DNA of 64,000 nucleotides, from contig OZ024741.1 of the NCBI GenBank assembly GCA_964016885.1, positions 238,018,001 to 238,082,000 on the forward strand, given 5' to 3'. Below are positions 11,850-23,944 of this stretch, piece after piece. A model generated the notes under the pieces. The model did not search any database, was not told where the DNA came from, and saw only the letters and a program-made list of their open reading frames with translations. A program made the position numbers and the translations under genes. The first letter of the stretch is position 1; each line of letters opens with the position of its first letter. The stretch comes from Eledone cirrhosa (lineage: Eukaryota).

Positions 11850-12169
11850 TGAAGGTGCATGGCTTAGTGGTTAGAGCATTGAGCTCACAATTGTAAGGTT
11901 GTGAGTTCGAATCCAAGATTGGGTGGTGCATTGGGTTCTTGAGCAAAACTCTTTATATCATCTTGCTCCAGTTCACTCTCAGTTGTAGAAATGAGTTGTG
12001 TTGTCATGGGTGCCAAGCTATATCGGCCATTGCCTTTACCTTGGACAAAATCGGTGGCATGGAGGGGGGACTGGCATGCATGGGTACACATTGCCTAGGT
12101 TTGTGTTTCAAAGGGGAACTTTCTAGGTGCAAAACTATGGTCATTCATGACTGAAGAAGGCCTATGGCA

Positions 12170-12170
<1 letters not shown>
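11850..12170 (+). mobile_element. tRNA-derived SINE (family B); decayed minus-strand copies near 16140-16260 and 17900-18050
   Basis: A box TGGCTTAGTGG, B box GAGTTCGAATCC, followed by non-tRNA body (cttgagcaaaactcttta) and (TA)n. Confidence 0.75.
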
Positions 12171-12201
<31 letters not shown>

Positions 12202-12834
12202 GCACATATATGAAGTAATACAGAAGACCTGCCTTCTCATGTGCACGGATTGAAGCATACATCTAGTATGCACCACTTTCTCCCTACCTTCCCTTCACCC
12301 TCTTCCATACACCTCCCCCATCCTAACATTCCACCCTTCACTAAATACGTGCCCAGCCTAGATATATATATCTCCAATCCCCATGCACCTCCCCCACCCC
12401 AGACCCCAGTCTACACTGTAAAGTGGTTGTTTTGGTGACATGATAAAATGCACCCAATACACACTGTATATGTGGTTGGAGTTAGGAAGGGCATCCAGCC
12501 ATAGAAACCAAGCCAGAATCAGCTCTGTATGAGCAAGATAGTCATTTGATCTGGCTTGTCTCACAAACCACGCTAGGTTGGAAAATGGACGTTAAATAGT
12601 GATGATGATGATGATGAATATATATATGAAGGCTTGGGCCCTGTGAGAAATTTTGCAAGGTGGAACAAGCAGGTGGAAGAGGAAAGAAGAAAGCTGCTGA
12701 AAATTCAAGCAGGATGGGAGGTCTTTTTCAGGGGTTGAGAGCATTACCATGCCAGATAATCATAAGCTGCTCCTTGGCTGTGTAGCTGTTGGAGCAATAT
12801 ACCAGATACCCACTGCCTCCTTATAGGCCTTGCC

Positions 12835-13008
12835 ATAACCCTTTAACATTTACATTACTCACAAATATCGAATCTATGAGATTTTGATATTATTTATGTT
12901 GAGAACAATACTAAATGTCAGTATGAGCAGCCAGTTATGGCTGGTTTGAACAGAAAGAGGTGAGAAAATTCTGACCGGAATCAGCCGGTTTAAATACTAA
13001 AAGGTTAA
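12835..13008 (+). mobile_element. piggyBac-like MITE (family M1, internally deleted)
   Basis: Ends aaccctttaacattta...taaatactaaaaggttaa; body matches 15631, 16717 and 17402 copies. Confidence 0.7.
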
Positions 13009-13159
13009 GATGCTGGGCCTGGCAGACCTCATGCCATAGAATAAAAAAAAATGTTGAAATACTGTACTCCAGTACTGCAACAACTACTTCAGCACCAATG
13101 TACTGCTGTATAGTCATGCTCTTTATTTATTTTTTGATGGTTTCAAATGTTGCTATAGT

Positions 13160-13550
13160 TACTTTAGTCATGAAGCTTGGGTAATGACCAAAAGAATACA
13201 ATCATGAATACAGGTGGCTGAAATGGAGTTCCTTCAAAGGGTCTTTAAATAGTGTTACTCAATATGGTGTATAGCTTGGAGATCAGGGTGTTACTTTAGA
13301 TAGAGCTGCTACTTCTCTGCATCAAGAGATCACAACTCTAGTACAACAGACATGTGGCTAGAATGCCTAAGAAAAGAATTGCAGGATAAATTTTATGGGC
13401 AAAGTCAACTGGAAGGAGACCCAGAGGCAGATCACAAGCAAGATAGTTGGATAACACCCATAATGTCAGTTGGACACACTTGGGGTTTCAGCTGCTTTCA
13501 ATAAGACTTTCTGGAAGGTGTACCTGAGGACCTTGCACCCACAACCCTTT
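13160..13550 (+). mobile_element. Decayed RTE-clade LINE 3' fragment
   Basis: Translates to HEAWVMTKRIQS*IQVAEMEFLQRV and GRRPRGR, typical RTE ORF C-terminus; runs into the GAA array. Confidence 0.6.
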
Positions 13551-13748
13551 GAAGAAGAAGAAGAAGAAGAAGAAGAAGAAGATGAAGGTGAAGAAGAAGA
13601 AGGTGAAGAAGAAAAAGAAGAAGAAGGTGAAGAAGAAGAAGGTGAAGAAGAAGAAGGTGAAGAAGAAGAAGGTGAAGAAGAAGAAGAAGAAGAAGAAAAA
13701 GAAGAAGAAGAAGAAGAAGAAGAAGAAAAAGAAAAAGAAGAAGAAGAA
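13551..13748. repeat. (GAA)n microsatellite with GGT/AAA interruptions
   Basis: Direct inspection; probably the expanded tail of the preceding LINE. Confidence 0.95.
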
Positions 13749-14062
13749 TTCAGTCACCATCTTCCGTTAGCATCCACAATGTCCCCCTTTCCTATTCATG
13801 TATTTGGATGTGTATATCCAGTTTAGAATAGCTACACTGTCTCCCTGTGTGCCGAAAGAAACATCTAAAAGGGTTAGTGTCATGAAGGGCATCCAGCTGT
13901 AAAACATTGCCTCAAAAAATCCATTCCAACCCATGCCAGCATGGAAAAGATGGAAAACAAAGATGGAGAATATCTCAACATAGGTTCAGGATGAACATGA
14001 AACATATACTCAGAACGTAAAGGGGCGTAACTCTATGCTACAAAGCATGGCGCCCGACCCTC

Positions 14063-15140
14063 TACCTATATAGTACATAGAATAATGTACAAATATCAGG
14101 AAAATGAACAGTGTACGAGTCCTGATATATATGTGTGCGTGTGTATGGAGGGGGGGGGATATCAGGTGTAGTATTGGCAAATTTTAGGAAGCATGGAGGT
14201 TTTAAAGGATGCAGTGTCTCGGCAGCTAACAATTGATGCAGGTAATTTGTTCCATACTTCAGCAACTCTGAGTGTGAAAAAATGTTTCCGAAAATCATGG
14301 GAGCTGTGTTGTTTTCTGACTTTGTAGGCATGTCCACGTGTGTTAGACACATGGAAATCAAAAAGGTGCTCAGGGTTGTTGGCAAGATGGTTAATAATTT
14401 TGTGGGTGTTTACCAAGTCAGTTGCCAGACGTCGGAGCTTCAATGTATCCATGCCCAGGGAAGCAAGGCGTTCAGAGTATGGTAGATGCCTGATGGAGGG
14501 TTCTCGCTTGGTTGCACGTCTCTGAACAGTTTCCAGGAGGTCAATCTTCTGAGCAAGATGGGGGTTCTAGACTGGTGATGCAAATTCTAAGTGTGACTGC
14601 ACCATAGCTATATACAGCTTTAAATAGATAGCTGGAGAGCAGCTGACAAAGGTCTTGCTGAGTGATGCCAAGACACCCTCAGCCTTCTTGACAATTTTAG
14701 AGATGTGCTTCGTCCAACGCAAATTGCTACTGACAGTAATGCCCAGGTCACGTTCACAAGAAGACCTCTTGATATTAGTGTTGTGAAGGGATTATGTGGA
14801 CGCTGGGTTTTTCCTCCCAAAATGCATGGTGATACACTTGTCCACAGCCAGCTTAAGTTGCCAGTCTCTGATCCATTGCTGCATTGTGTCCTGGTCTGAT
14901 TACAGGAAAGATCTATAGTGTTCAGGATCTGTCCTTTTTATCTCAAGATACAGCTTGATGTCATCTGCATATTTCAGTACTGTGGCATTCTTTAAGTTGG
15001 CATCTCATACCGTGAGGAATGCTGTCCTAGAACCGTAACTACCTCATTTTGACTGAGAATGAAGGACTTCAACCAATTAAAAAAATCATCCTTCACACCC
15101 ATTGCAGAGAGTTTTGCCATAAGTCTTTTGTGTGGCACAG
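14063..15140 (-). mobile_element. CR1-clade LINE fragment, 5'-truncated and degenerate
   Basis: SVPHKRLMAKL, KYADDIKLY and TRGHAYK...RKHFFTLRVAEVWNKLP motifs with frameshifts. Confidence 0.85.
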
Positions 15141-15169
15141 AATTAATTATATGATATATCATACTGTGT

Positions 15170-15370
15170 TCTGTGACAATATACAACACCTACATGACAT
15201 TGTTATATTGTGTAGTGTGACAATATACAACACCTACATGACATTGTTATATTGTGTAATGTGACAATATACAACTATATGACATTGTTATATTGTGTAG
15301 TGTGACAGCATACAATAACTATGACATATCATACTGTGTAGTGTGGCAATATACAACTGTTATTGTTATA
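15170..15370. repeat. Tandem minisatellite, ~44-bp unit
   Basis: tgtgacaatatacaacacctacatgacattgttatattgtgtag repeated 4-5 times with decay. Confidence 0.8.
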
Positions 15371-15536
15371 GTGATATTATATAACCTGAAGTACAGAAAG
15401 ACTGTATAGCAAGGAGTATACTGACACAACACACTAACAATAACTAAGAATAGTATGGAATTATAGAAAAGTGACATCATATAACACTTCATATACAGTA
15501 TTGGAGTTTACTGAGTAACAACATTGCTGCATAAGC

Positions 15537-15996
15537 TTAACACTTTCATTACCATATTTATGACATACTCTGTATTTCAATTAATTAATCAAGAATTTTG
15601 AAGGATTTACTAAAATTATTAATTATTTCATTAACCTTTTAGCATTTACATTATTCTATATTTATGATTGTATTTTCATGGTAAACACTTTATTTCATAT
15701 TATTATCTCACATAATATCGAATTTACGAGATTTTGATATTATTTATTTTGAGAATAATACCTTAACATAAGTATGAGCAGCTGGTTATGGCCAGTTTGA
15801 ACAGAAAGAGGTGAGAGAATTCTAGCCAGATGTGGCCGGTTTAAATGCTAAATGGTTAAGATAGTATTTTTAACAAATGGTTCTTATATAAAATCATGTT
15901 GAAAAGTTTTAATTTAAGTAGAAACACATTAAAATATGTGGTTTCATTTCATAGAACCAGAGACAGTTTTGAACACGTTAGTATCAAAATGGTTAA
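15537..15996. mobile_element. Nested piggyBac-like MITEs: family M1 (15631-15859) inside family M2
   Basis: Both bounded by TTAA; outer end ttaacactttcattaccatatt matches the reverse complement of aatatggtaatgaaagggtta at ~54575-54594 and ~32185-32205. Confidence 0.7.
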
Positions 15997-16354
15997 AGTT
16001 TTTCTTGAGTTCCCACATTCATCAGGCTGAAGTTTATCTTGGTTTCATATAGTGTTAAATGACTGAAGGTATCAGGCCCTTTCTTGGATGGGATGCCAGT
16101 CAGTTACTTAGTAAACTCTCAATTGCTGCTAATTTTTTCAACTGAGTAGATTGCAGCAACATGAAATGTACCTTACACAAGGACACAATGTACCACCTGG
16201 TCTGGGTATTGAACCAACAACCTTGTGATTGTTAGCCCCAAATCCTAACCATTAGCCCCACTGAAACACAGTAGATTTAGAAATTCAATTTAGCTCACAC
16301 ATGAGTCTACAAGGATAGTTCTACAAACCTGGAAATGACCGAAAAATTTTCCTC

Positions 16355-16700
16355 ATAATAATAATAATGAAAATATTGTGTACAGTGCTCAGGTGCACTA
16401 CAACTCATCAAAAGTGTATGCATAGTACATAGGGTAATGTACAAACGTCAGGAAAATGAACAGAACATGAGTCATGATATACACATGGAAGGGGTACATC
16501 AGGTGTAGTTTTGGGGAACTTCGGGAAGCATGAGGGTTTTAAAGGATGCAGTGTCTCGGCAGCTAACAACTGATGCAGGCAGTTTGTTCCATGCTTCAGC
16601 AACTCTAAGCGTGAAAAAATGTTTCTGAAAGTCATGGGAGCTGTGCTGTTTTCTGACTTTGTAGGCATGTCCACGTGTGTTAGACACATGGAGATCAAAC
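16355..16700 (-). mobile_element. CR1-clade LINE 3' end
   Basis: TRGHAYKVRKQHSSHDFQKHFFTLRVAEAWNKLP plus 3' UTR and (ATT)n tail. Confidence 0.85.
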
Positions 16701-16716
16701 TCTAGTAGCTAGCAAC

Positions 16717-16928
16717 TTAACCCTTTAACATTTACAATACTCTGTATTTACCATTGTATTTTTATGGTAAACACTTTATCTCACATAAAATCAAATCTAC
16801 GAGATTTTGATATTATTTTGAGAACAATACCTTAACATAAATATGAGCAGTCGGTTGTGGCCAATTTGAACAGAAAGAGGTGAAAGAAGTTTGGCCTGAT
16901 ATGGCCAGTTTAAATGCTAAAGGGTTAA
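16717..16928 (+). mobile_element. piggyBac-like MITE (family M1)
   Basis: TTAA CCCTTTAACATTTA...TAAATGCTAAAGGG TTAA. Confidence 0.85.
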
Positions 16929-16964
16929 AATCAGGGCACATTATTTTATGTAGTCTGTAGGGGC

Positions 16965-17372
16965 GGGGCGGTGGATTGGCAGTATTGGTAGAGGGGCGGA
17001 CGCCATATTTTGCAGCATAGAGTTACGGCCCTTTATGATCTGAGTTGAAATCCTGCCGAGGTTAACTTTGCCTTTCATCCTTACAGGGTCAATAAAATAA
17101 AGTACCAGTCACGCACTGTGGTCCATTTAATCGACTTTCCCCTCCCTCAAAATTACTGACCTTGTGCCTAGATAGAAACAATTATTTTATGTGGATTGGC
17201 AGTATCGGTAGACGGTCGGACGCCATGCTTTGACATATAGAGTTATGGCTCTTGCCATTCTGAGTTCAAATCAAAGGTTAACTTTGCCTTTCATCCTTAC
17301 GGGGTCGATAAAATAAAGTACCAGTAATGTACTGGGTAATTGCTGGCCTTGTGTCAAAAGTAGACACAATTA
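16965..17372 (+). mobile_element. Two tandem tRNA-derived SINEs (family A)
   Basis: Two head-to-tail copies starting gtggattggcagta and ending agaaacaatta / agacacaatta. Confidence 0.85.
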
Positions 17373-17401
17373 TTTTATGTAGTCTGAATTACACTGTTTG
17401 A

Positions 17402-17618
17402 TTAACCCTTTAGCATTTAAACTGAATTCGCTCACCTCTTTCTGTTCAAACCAGCCAAAAACTGGCTGCTCATATTTATGTTAAAACATTCTTCTCAAAA
17501 TAAATAATATCAAAATCTCGTAGATTCAATATTTAGTGAGATAATTATGTGAAATAAAGTGTTTACTATGAAAATGTAATAGTATATATATAGAGTAATG
17601 TAAATGCTAAAGGGTTAA
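17402..17618 (-). mobile_element. piggyBac-like MITE (family M1), opposite orientation
   Basis: TTAA CCCTTTAGCATTTA...TAAATGCTAAAGGG TTAA; body is the reverse complement of 16717-16928. Confidence 0.85.
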
Positions 17619-19179
17619 ACAAAAGGGTGCTCATAAGTGGAGTGTTTTTCTCCATAGGTCTGCACACTCATTGCTGTCCTGGGGTAATACTACAACCCCA
17701 GCTGCTCACTGATATAGCTGATGGATCCTGCATTGGTTTGATCAACCAGACATCTGACACTTAATAGTGAAACAGTGGCTGAGTATTTCACAGATATGTA
17801 CACCTTTAATGGAATTCTATGATAGAACCAGTGTGATGCAGTGTTTACAAACCTGGACCTTTGAATTATAAGTACAATCCATCTAATGGGCTTTCAAACA
17901 GTTTCTGTCTACCCAGTTTCATTCACTCACAATGCTTGGGTCAACCTGAGGCTATGGTGAAAGACACTTGCTCAAGATAGCACATAGTGGGATTGAACTA
18001 GGACCTCATGAGTGCAAAGTGAATGTTTTAACCATTCAGTTATGCTTGCATCTCCCTCCATAGCTAATACACAAAACACACCATAATATTCCAATAGATC
18101 AATCATTATTGATTAACATTTAATAAAAAAAAAAATGGCTATAAAAAAGACATTTTAAAACTATTAATTAATAAGGCTAATTAAATATCTAAAATGTAGT
18201 TAATATGTGTATGTTGCTGCGTGTGTGTTGTATAGTGAATGTGTGAGTGGTATGCAGTTAATGTGTGTGCATTGCATAGTTAATATGTGAGTCTATAGCT
18301 AAATGTGTGTGTGGTGTGTAGTTCTGTGATGTATAGTTGTTGCTGTTATGGAAATATATCTTTCTTTTTGAGGTAATTATATACTACTATAACTACTGTA
18401 GTTGTTGTTATTGTTTAGCCGCAGGTCAACCCTGATCAAGCATACACATAATGAAAGGTGATCATCGCTGTCTATTTTTTTATGCATTACATATCTAGGA
18501 CTGCATTATGCAAGGCCTCCTCCTTCTCCTAAGATGGTAAAGTGTAATTTGAAGGAGATTTGGTTGTTGTTCCTGTTCCTTTCATGCTGGGCAACCACAT
18601 TTAGGTTCCTTCATTTATTTTGCAACAAATACAGTAGTTGTTGTTTAGCCCTGGGCAAACCTTGATTGAGTAGATATAAGATTAAAGCTGTTCTAGTTAT
18701 GATTGTCCATATCTATATTTTATGTAGTATATCTAGGAGTACATTATGCAATGTTTCCTTCATTTTCTAAGATGATAAAGTGTAATTTGAAAGAAAACAG
18801 GCTGCTATTTCTAGTAAGTTGAGAGACCATGTAGAGGGTCCTTCATTGGCACATTCTAGCAGATGTTAATGGTGGAGATGATGGCTAGAACTCCCTATTC
18901 TTCATTGTCCCATTCTCTCTCCACTCCCATACACATATATATAGTATACATACACACACACATACACACATATAGACACAACATGGTAGCTGTTATGTTA
19001 GCTGTTGTTTAATGGTGGAAGAGCTGGATAGATTTTTCCTCCAGTCTTAGTATGTATACATATATATACATATAGACAACATGGCAGTCATCTTAGATAT
19101 GATCTTATCTTTTAGTGAAACCCATATAACATATATATATTATAATGAATATAAAAAGGTAATAAAGAGAGAGACTTAC

Positions 19180-20010
19180 CAGCATTATTTAATCCTTCAC
19201 TGGAGTTGAGTGTGATGGATGATGTATATCCTGCTGTAGTGTTCCACTGTAACTGCTGCTACTGTTATGGTGGTGTTATAGAGTAACTGCTACGGTAGCA
19301 GTGTTCCAGTGTGACTGTTATTGTTGTAGTGTTCAACTATAACTGCTGCTGTGGTAGAGTTTCTGTTTAACTGCTGTTGTAGTGGTATGGTAATGTAAAT
19401 GTTGCTGTTGTAGTTATAGTAGTGTGACAGTGTAAATTGTAGTTGTAGTAGTAGTATGACAGTATAAGTGTTGCTGTAGTAGTGTGGCACTGTAAGTGTT
19501 GCTGTAGTAGTTTGACAGTGTAAGTGTTAGTGTAAGTAGTGGCAATGTAAAGTTGCTGCAGTGGTGACAGTGTAAGTGTTGGTGTAGTAGTATGATAGTG
19601 TAAGTATTGCTGTTGTAGTGTGACAGTGTAAGTATTACTGTTGTAGTGTGACAGTGTAAATGTTGGTATAGTATTGTGACAGTGTAAATTTTGCTGTAGT
19701 AGTATGACAGTGTAAGTATTGGTATAGTAGTGAGACAGTGTAAGTGATGCTGTAGTAGTGTGACAGTGTAAGTGTTGGTGTAGTAGTGTGACAGTGTAAG
19801 CGTTGCTGTAGTAGTATGATAGTGTAAGTGTTGGTGTAGTTAATGTGATAGTGTAAGTGTTGCTGTAGTAGTATGGCAGTGTAAGTGTTGGTGTAGTTAA
19901 TGTGACAGTGTAAGTGTTGGTATAATAGTGTGGGAGTGTAAGTGTTGGTGTAGTAGTGTGACAGTGTAAGTGTTGGTGTAGTTAATGTGATGTTTCTGAA
20001 TTGCTGGCAG
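19180..20010 (-). other. Putative 5' leader exon of G1, expanded by a ~28-bp minisatellite
   Basis: Donor CTG|GTAAGTCTC at 19180/19179; 3' part (taatccttcactg...ggatgatgtatatcctgctgtagtgttcca) homologous to the leaders at 33831, 44383 and 55861; unit gtgtaagtgttggtgtagtagtgtgaca. 5' end approximate. Confidence 0.7.
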
Positions 20011-20247
20011 TCAGTCAGACAGTCAGACCATCTCCCCCCCCCCACACACACACGGTATTGATATATTTGTGAATGTTGTGTAGTTTTTATGAATGGCTGA
20101 TGACACAGAGTTAGGCCTAACAGTCTGAATAGTAGTGCATGTGTGTCTGTGTGTTTGCATGTGTGTGTGAGAGAGGGAGAGCTAAGGTGTGAGAGAGAGA
20201 GAGAGGTGCTTTACTTCATTATTTGCTTCTTCTAACTGTGTATGTGT

Positions 20248-20284
<37 letters not shown>

Positions 20285-22244
20285 CACATTTGGAGTTAAT
20301 TGCTCTTTTTATATGCCAATCTTAATTTAATTTAATTTAATTTAAAATTCACAAGTTGTCAGAAGCTAGAGGAAAAACAAAAAAAGAAACGTGTGTGGTG
20401 TTAATGTCATATTGCTTCTATATGACTATTAATTTCAGTTATAATTTAACCCTCGGAAGTCTCCCCATATTGGGGAATTTTCTTTTGTTACATCTTTTGT
20501 TTTTATTTTATACTCATTTTTACATGCAGAAACCCACATTGTACTATCCTGTGCTGTCCTTACTTAATGTATTTTTTATGTAAACCCTTTGTGGTCAATA
20601 AAGAAAACATTACTATTATCCTTATCAATATCCTTACTATTATTATTATTGTTATTATCATTATTACTATCATCATCATCATCATCATCACTATTATTAT
20701 TGTTGTAATCATAAAAACGCCCTATTGTTTTTTTAAAATATAATTTTCTTATTATTATCATTAATTTTGTTGCTGAAAGCAAATTAATATAGATATATAT
20801 ATATAGTACCTGTAATATACTGTGGGCTTATTTTATTTGATTATAGTCATTCCTCCACACCTCCAAAGTCATCTAAAATACTACTACTACATTGCTATTG
20901 ATATATTACACTGCTGCAGCATCTGTGCTGATATGTCACCGGCTGTAGTAGTATTAGTAGTAGTAGTAGTAGTATTATTAGTAGTGTTAGTAGTAGTAAT
21001 AGTAGTGATGGTATTGTTTGCAAGGGACTTGTGGTACTGTAGGTGGTGATCTCTGCAATGGCATGGGGTTTATTGTTGTTGTTGCTGTGGTGGTGTTTGT
21101 AGTTGTTAAGGTGATAGTGGTGGTGTTTGTAAATTATATTGAAACAAATTGATGAAAATTTAGAATTGTAAATCCCTGTGATAAAGATGTAAGCCATGTC
21201 AGATGGTGATGATATCAACATTGTTGTTAGTAAACTAACTTGATGTGGACTTGTCAGTGATCAAGTAGACTGGGTTTAACAGTGTCAGTAGAAAAGATGG
21301 TTGACAGTATCAGCATTGTAAAATCTTATAGATTATTATTATTATCATTATTATTATTGCAGAGTAATCATTTTTTTTGAGTGAGTAGGAACTGATGAAT
21401 TGGTCAACTGTCAAAGAAATAACTTATCAATATCAGCAAAGATATTGAGTAGTTGTTGATTAACAATGTTGTGGTTGTTGCCATTGAACAGAAAATAAAT
21501 CTTTTTGCTCTCCACTTTTTGGCATCATTGACAGTGGATAGTGATAGCAGTAGAGCCAATATTAAGCCACAGGAATATATTTGTCTTCATCTGTGTATGT
21601 GTATTTCCAGAAGGTGGATGATATGTGGAAAAGGAATTTTTTTACAAGCCAAAACCATAGATTAAAATGTGACTGGAGTAAGTTATGAAGCTGGTTGAAT
21701 GTAGTAGGTTTCATGTGGTCTTTTTGAGAGATCCTTTTGGAGATACACTTACATTGAAACTGTTCAACTTTGCACTGTAAATAGAATATATATATATATA
21801 TATATATGAGAAACAACAAAGGAAATATTTTGTTACTATCTGCACCCACAAACTCCACACATGAGGAAATAAATCTAAACTATTTCACATGAAACATAAA
21901 AATCCACAAAAAATCATATATTGATTTCTAATTTAAGCACAAAGCCAGCAAATTTGGGGGAAGGGCAAAGTTGATTAAATCAACCCCAGTATTTGACTGG
22001 TACTTTATTTTATTGATCCTTTGATCCTAGAAAGATGAAAGGCAGAGTTAGCTTTGGTAGGTTTTGAACTCAGAATGTAAAGCACCAGAACACACAGCAT
22101 GGTATTTTGCTGGCACTACCAATTCTACCAATCCTTCACAAAAATTTATATATTGCTAGGGACGAGACAACCTCTCAAGTACTGGATCCATATTAAAATG
22201 CACCCAGTACACTCAGTAAAAGGAGTTGACAAGTGAACATAGAC

Positions 22245-22410
22245 AATCATCATCATCATCATCATCAACGTTTAACGTCCGTGTTCCACGCTTGCATGGG
22301 TTTGGACGGGGGTTTTCCCACTTGAGGCAAGAGTGATTGTCTTGCTCGCATAGGACTGTCTGGCAGGTTTTCTACAGTTGGATGCCCTTCCTAACACCAA
22401 CCACATTTAC
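22245..22410 (-). mobile_element. RTE LINE 3' terminal fragment with (GAT)n tail
   Basis: Reverse complement nearly identical to 31605-31761. Confidence 0.85.
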
Positions 22411-22914
22411 AAGGAAGAAATGACTGTAGTTTTACTGTGTAGCAGTTCTTCCTAAGAGAACTTGCAATCTTAAGAATTTTATAAAAATATTGTTTAATAT
22501 ATTCAAAATTGGATTACATAACACACCATACAGGTGATAAGTTAATTATGTATCTATATATGTGGCACAGAAGGAGAGTAAATAAATGATTGAAAGGAGA
22601 GAGAGAGAGAGTGTAAAAATTAACCTTACAATCACAGTTGTATAGAAGATAAATATCTTTGGTGTATATTACTTGTTGATACAGCTTGGGCAATAAATAC
22701 ACAATAACAATTATGGAATACATCACACAACAACTTTATGAATTATGTATTAAAAATAAACATTTTAGGCTTGGGGTAACAGTATATATTTGAGTTTTTT
22801 AAATACATGACTATATGATATATTCTCTATTTAATCTATATGCAACTGGCATGGTGAATATTTTCACAAATATAATGATTATAACAATTTTATACCATAT
22901 TATAGTTCACTTAC

Positions 22915-23096
22915 TTTTGGTAGATTTGGTTGTAATATTCTCAGTGTTGTTGAAAATTTCCAGTCATTGATTAACTGTTTCATCTCTGGATAATATGGAC
23001 TTTTAGGGTTTATTGACTAAATATTTCTGTTAAATATATCTTCTGATTTGTGGTTATTGCAACAGGATTGTTGGTTTGATACAGTATTTGTTTCAT
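22915..23096 (-). pseudogene. Protocadherin pseudogene remnant (3' end of a large exon)
   Basis: Reads MKQILYQTNNPVAIT / EDIFNRNI*SINPKSPYYPEMKQLINDWKFSTTLR with a frameshift and a stop, then donor AAA|GTAAGT; ectodomain and TM are missing. Confidence 0.85.
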
Positions 23097-23099
23097 TAA

Positions 23100-23220
23100 T
23101 CATGTGTATCATGGATAAAGAACAAAGCTATCAGCCTTTGAATATTGAGAGAAATACAGAAAATCTCCCTTGTCCAATTGGAAATGACTGCAATGTTGAC
23201 TGTGTTAAACAAACACAAAA
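23100..23220 (-). promoter_or_regulatory. Diverged copy of the conserved upstream (promoter-like) block
   Basis: aaagctatcagcc...tgaatattga...ccaattggaaatgactgcaatgttg aligns to 34160-34280. Confidence 0.55.
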
Positions 23221-23705
23221 TAATTCTATGCTATTAACTTTGTATCATTTTAATTTAAGATGAAAAAACTCAACTTCAGAGAAGACAGTCAAATTTTGAT
23301 TATTTAAGAAAAACATTGTAGAGAAAAACTGAAAACATTTTATATATTGTAGGATGGCTCAGATTACTTTACCTATGCTTAAGAAATTGTGTACTAAAAT
23401 TGAGAGTAAAATAACTATTTTGTGATTCAGAACTATGATAATAAAGAGTAAGGTATGTATTGTGTCAGATATAAATTAAGGGTCACAATAGAAGCCACAG
23501 AAAATAAGCCCTATATGTTTAATGTTTCAAACAAAAATGTTATTATAGAATAGGCTATTTTTAATATCATAAAATAGGAATGAAAATATAAGTCAGTGTA
23601 ATGCAACTGTGTGATGATTAAAAGAAATATAGAGTCGATATTTTTATATCACATAACATCTTTGATATAAGAAAGAATCATTTAACAATAGTGATGGGAC
23701 ATCTA

Positions 23706-23785
23706 CTATGTTGGCTGTAGATAGGTATCTTGAACTTGTTGTCCCTTTTGTATTGTGTCTTGAACTGGATTGTCATTGGTATATT
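23706..23785 (-). CDS. Protocadherin G2, last coding exon (EYTNDNPVQDTIQKGQQVQDTYLQPT*)
   Basis: Acceptor attttccag|, phase 1, TAG TAG stop; conserved in G3-G5. Confidence 0.85.
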
Positions 23786-23944
23786 CTGGAAAATATAAAA
23801 TATAGAAACAGAAATTATATTTGAATATAACAACTCTGTAAAGTTATAAACATTGTTGTTATATTACACTAAACATAACATTACATATTGCCTTACAGTA
23901 ATAAAGGGAATTATATTTCTATGTTATGTTTAGATGAAAGTTAC

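Noticed and set aside
11855-11930. tRNA gene
   Set aside because: A/B boxes continue into a SINE body; no convincing cloverleaf or terminator.
13470-13826. Poly-E/K/F ORFs
   Set aside because: (GAA)n repeat.
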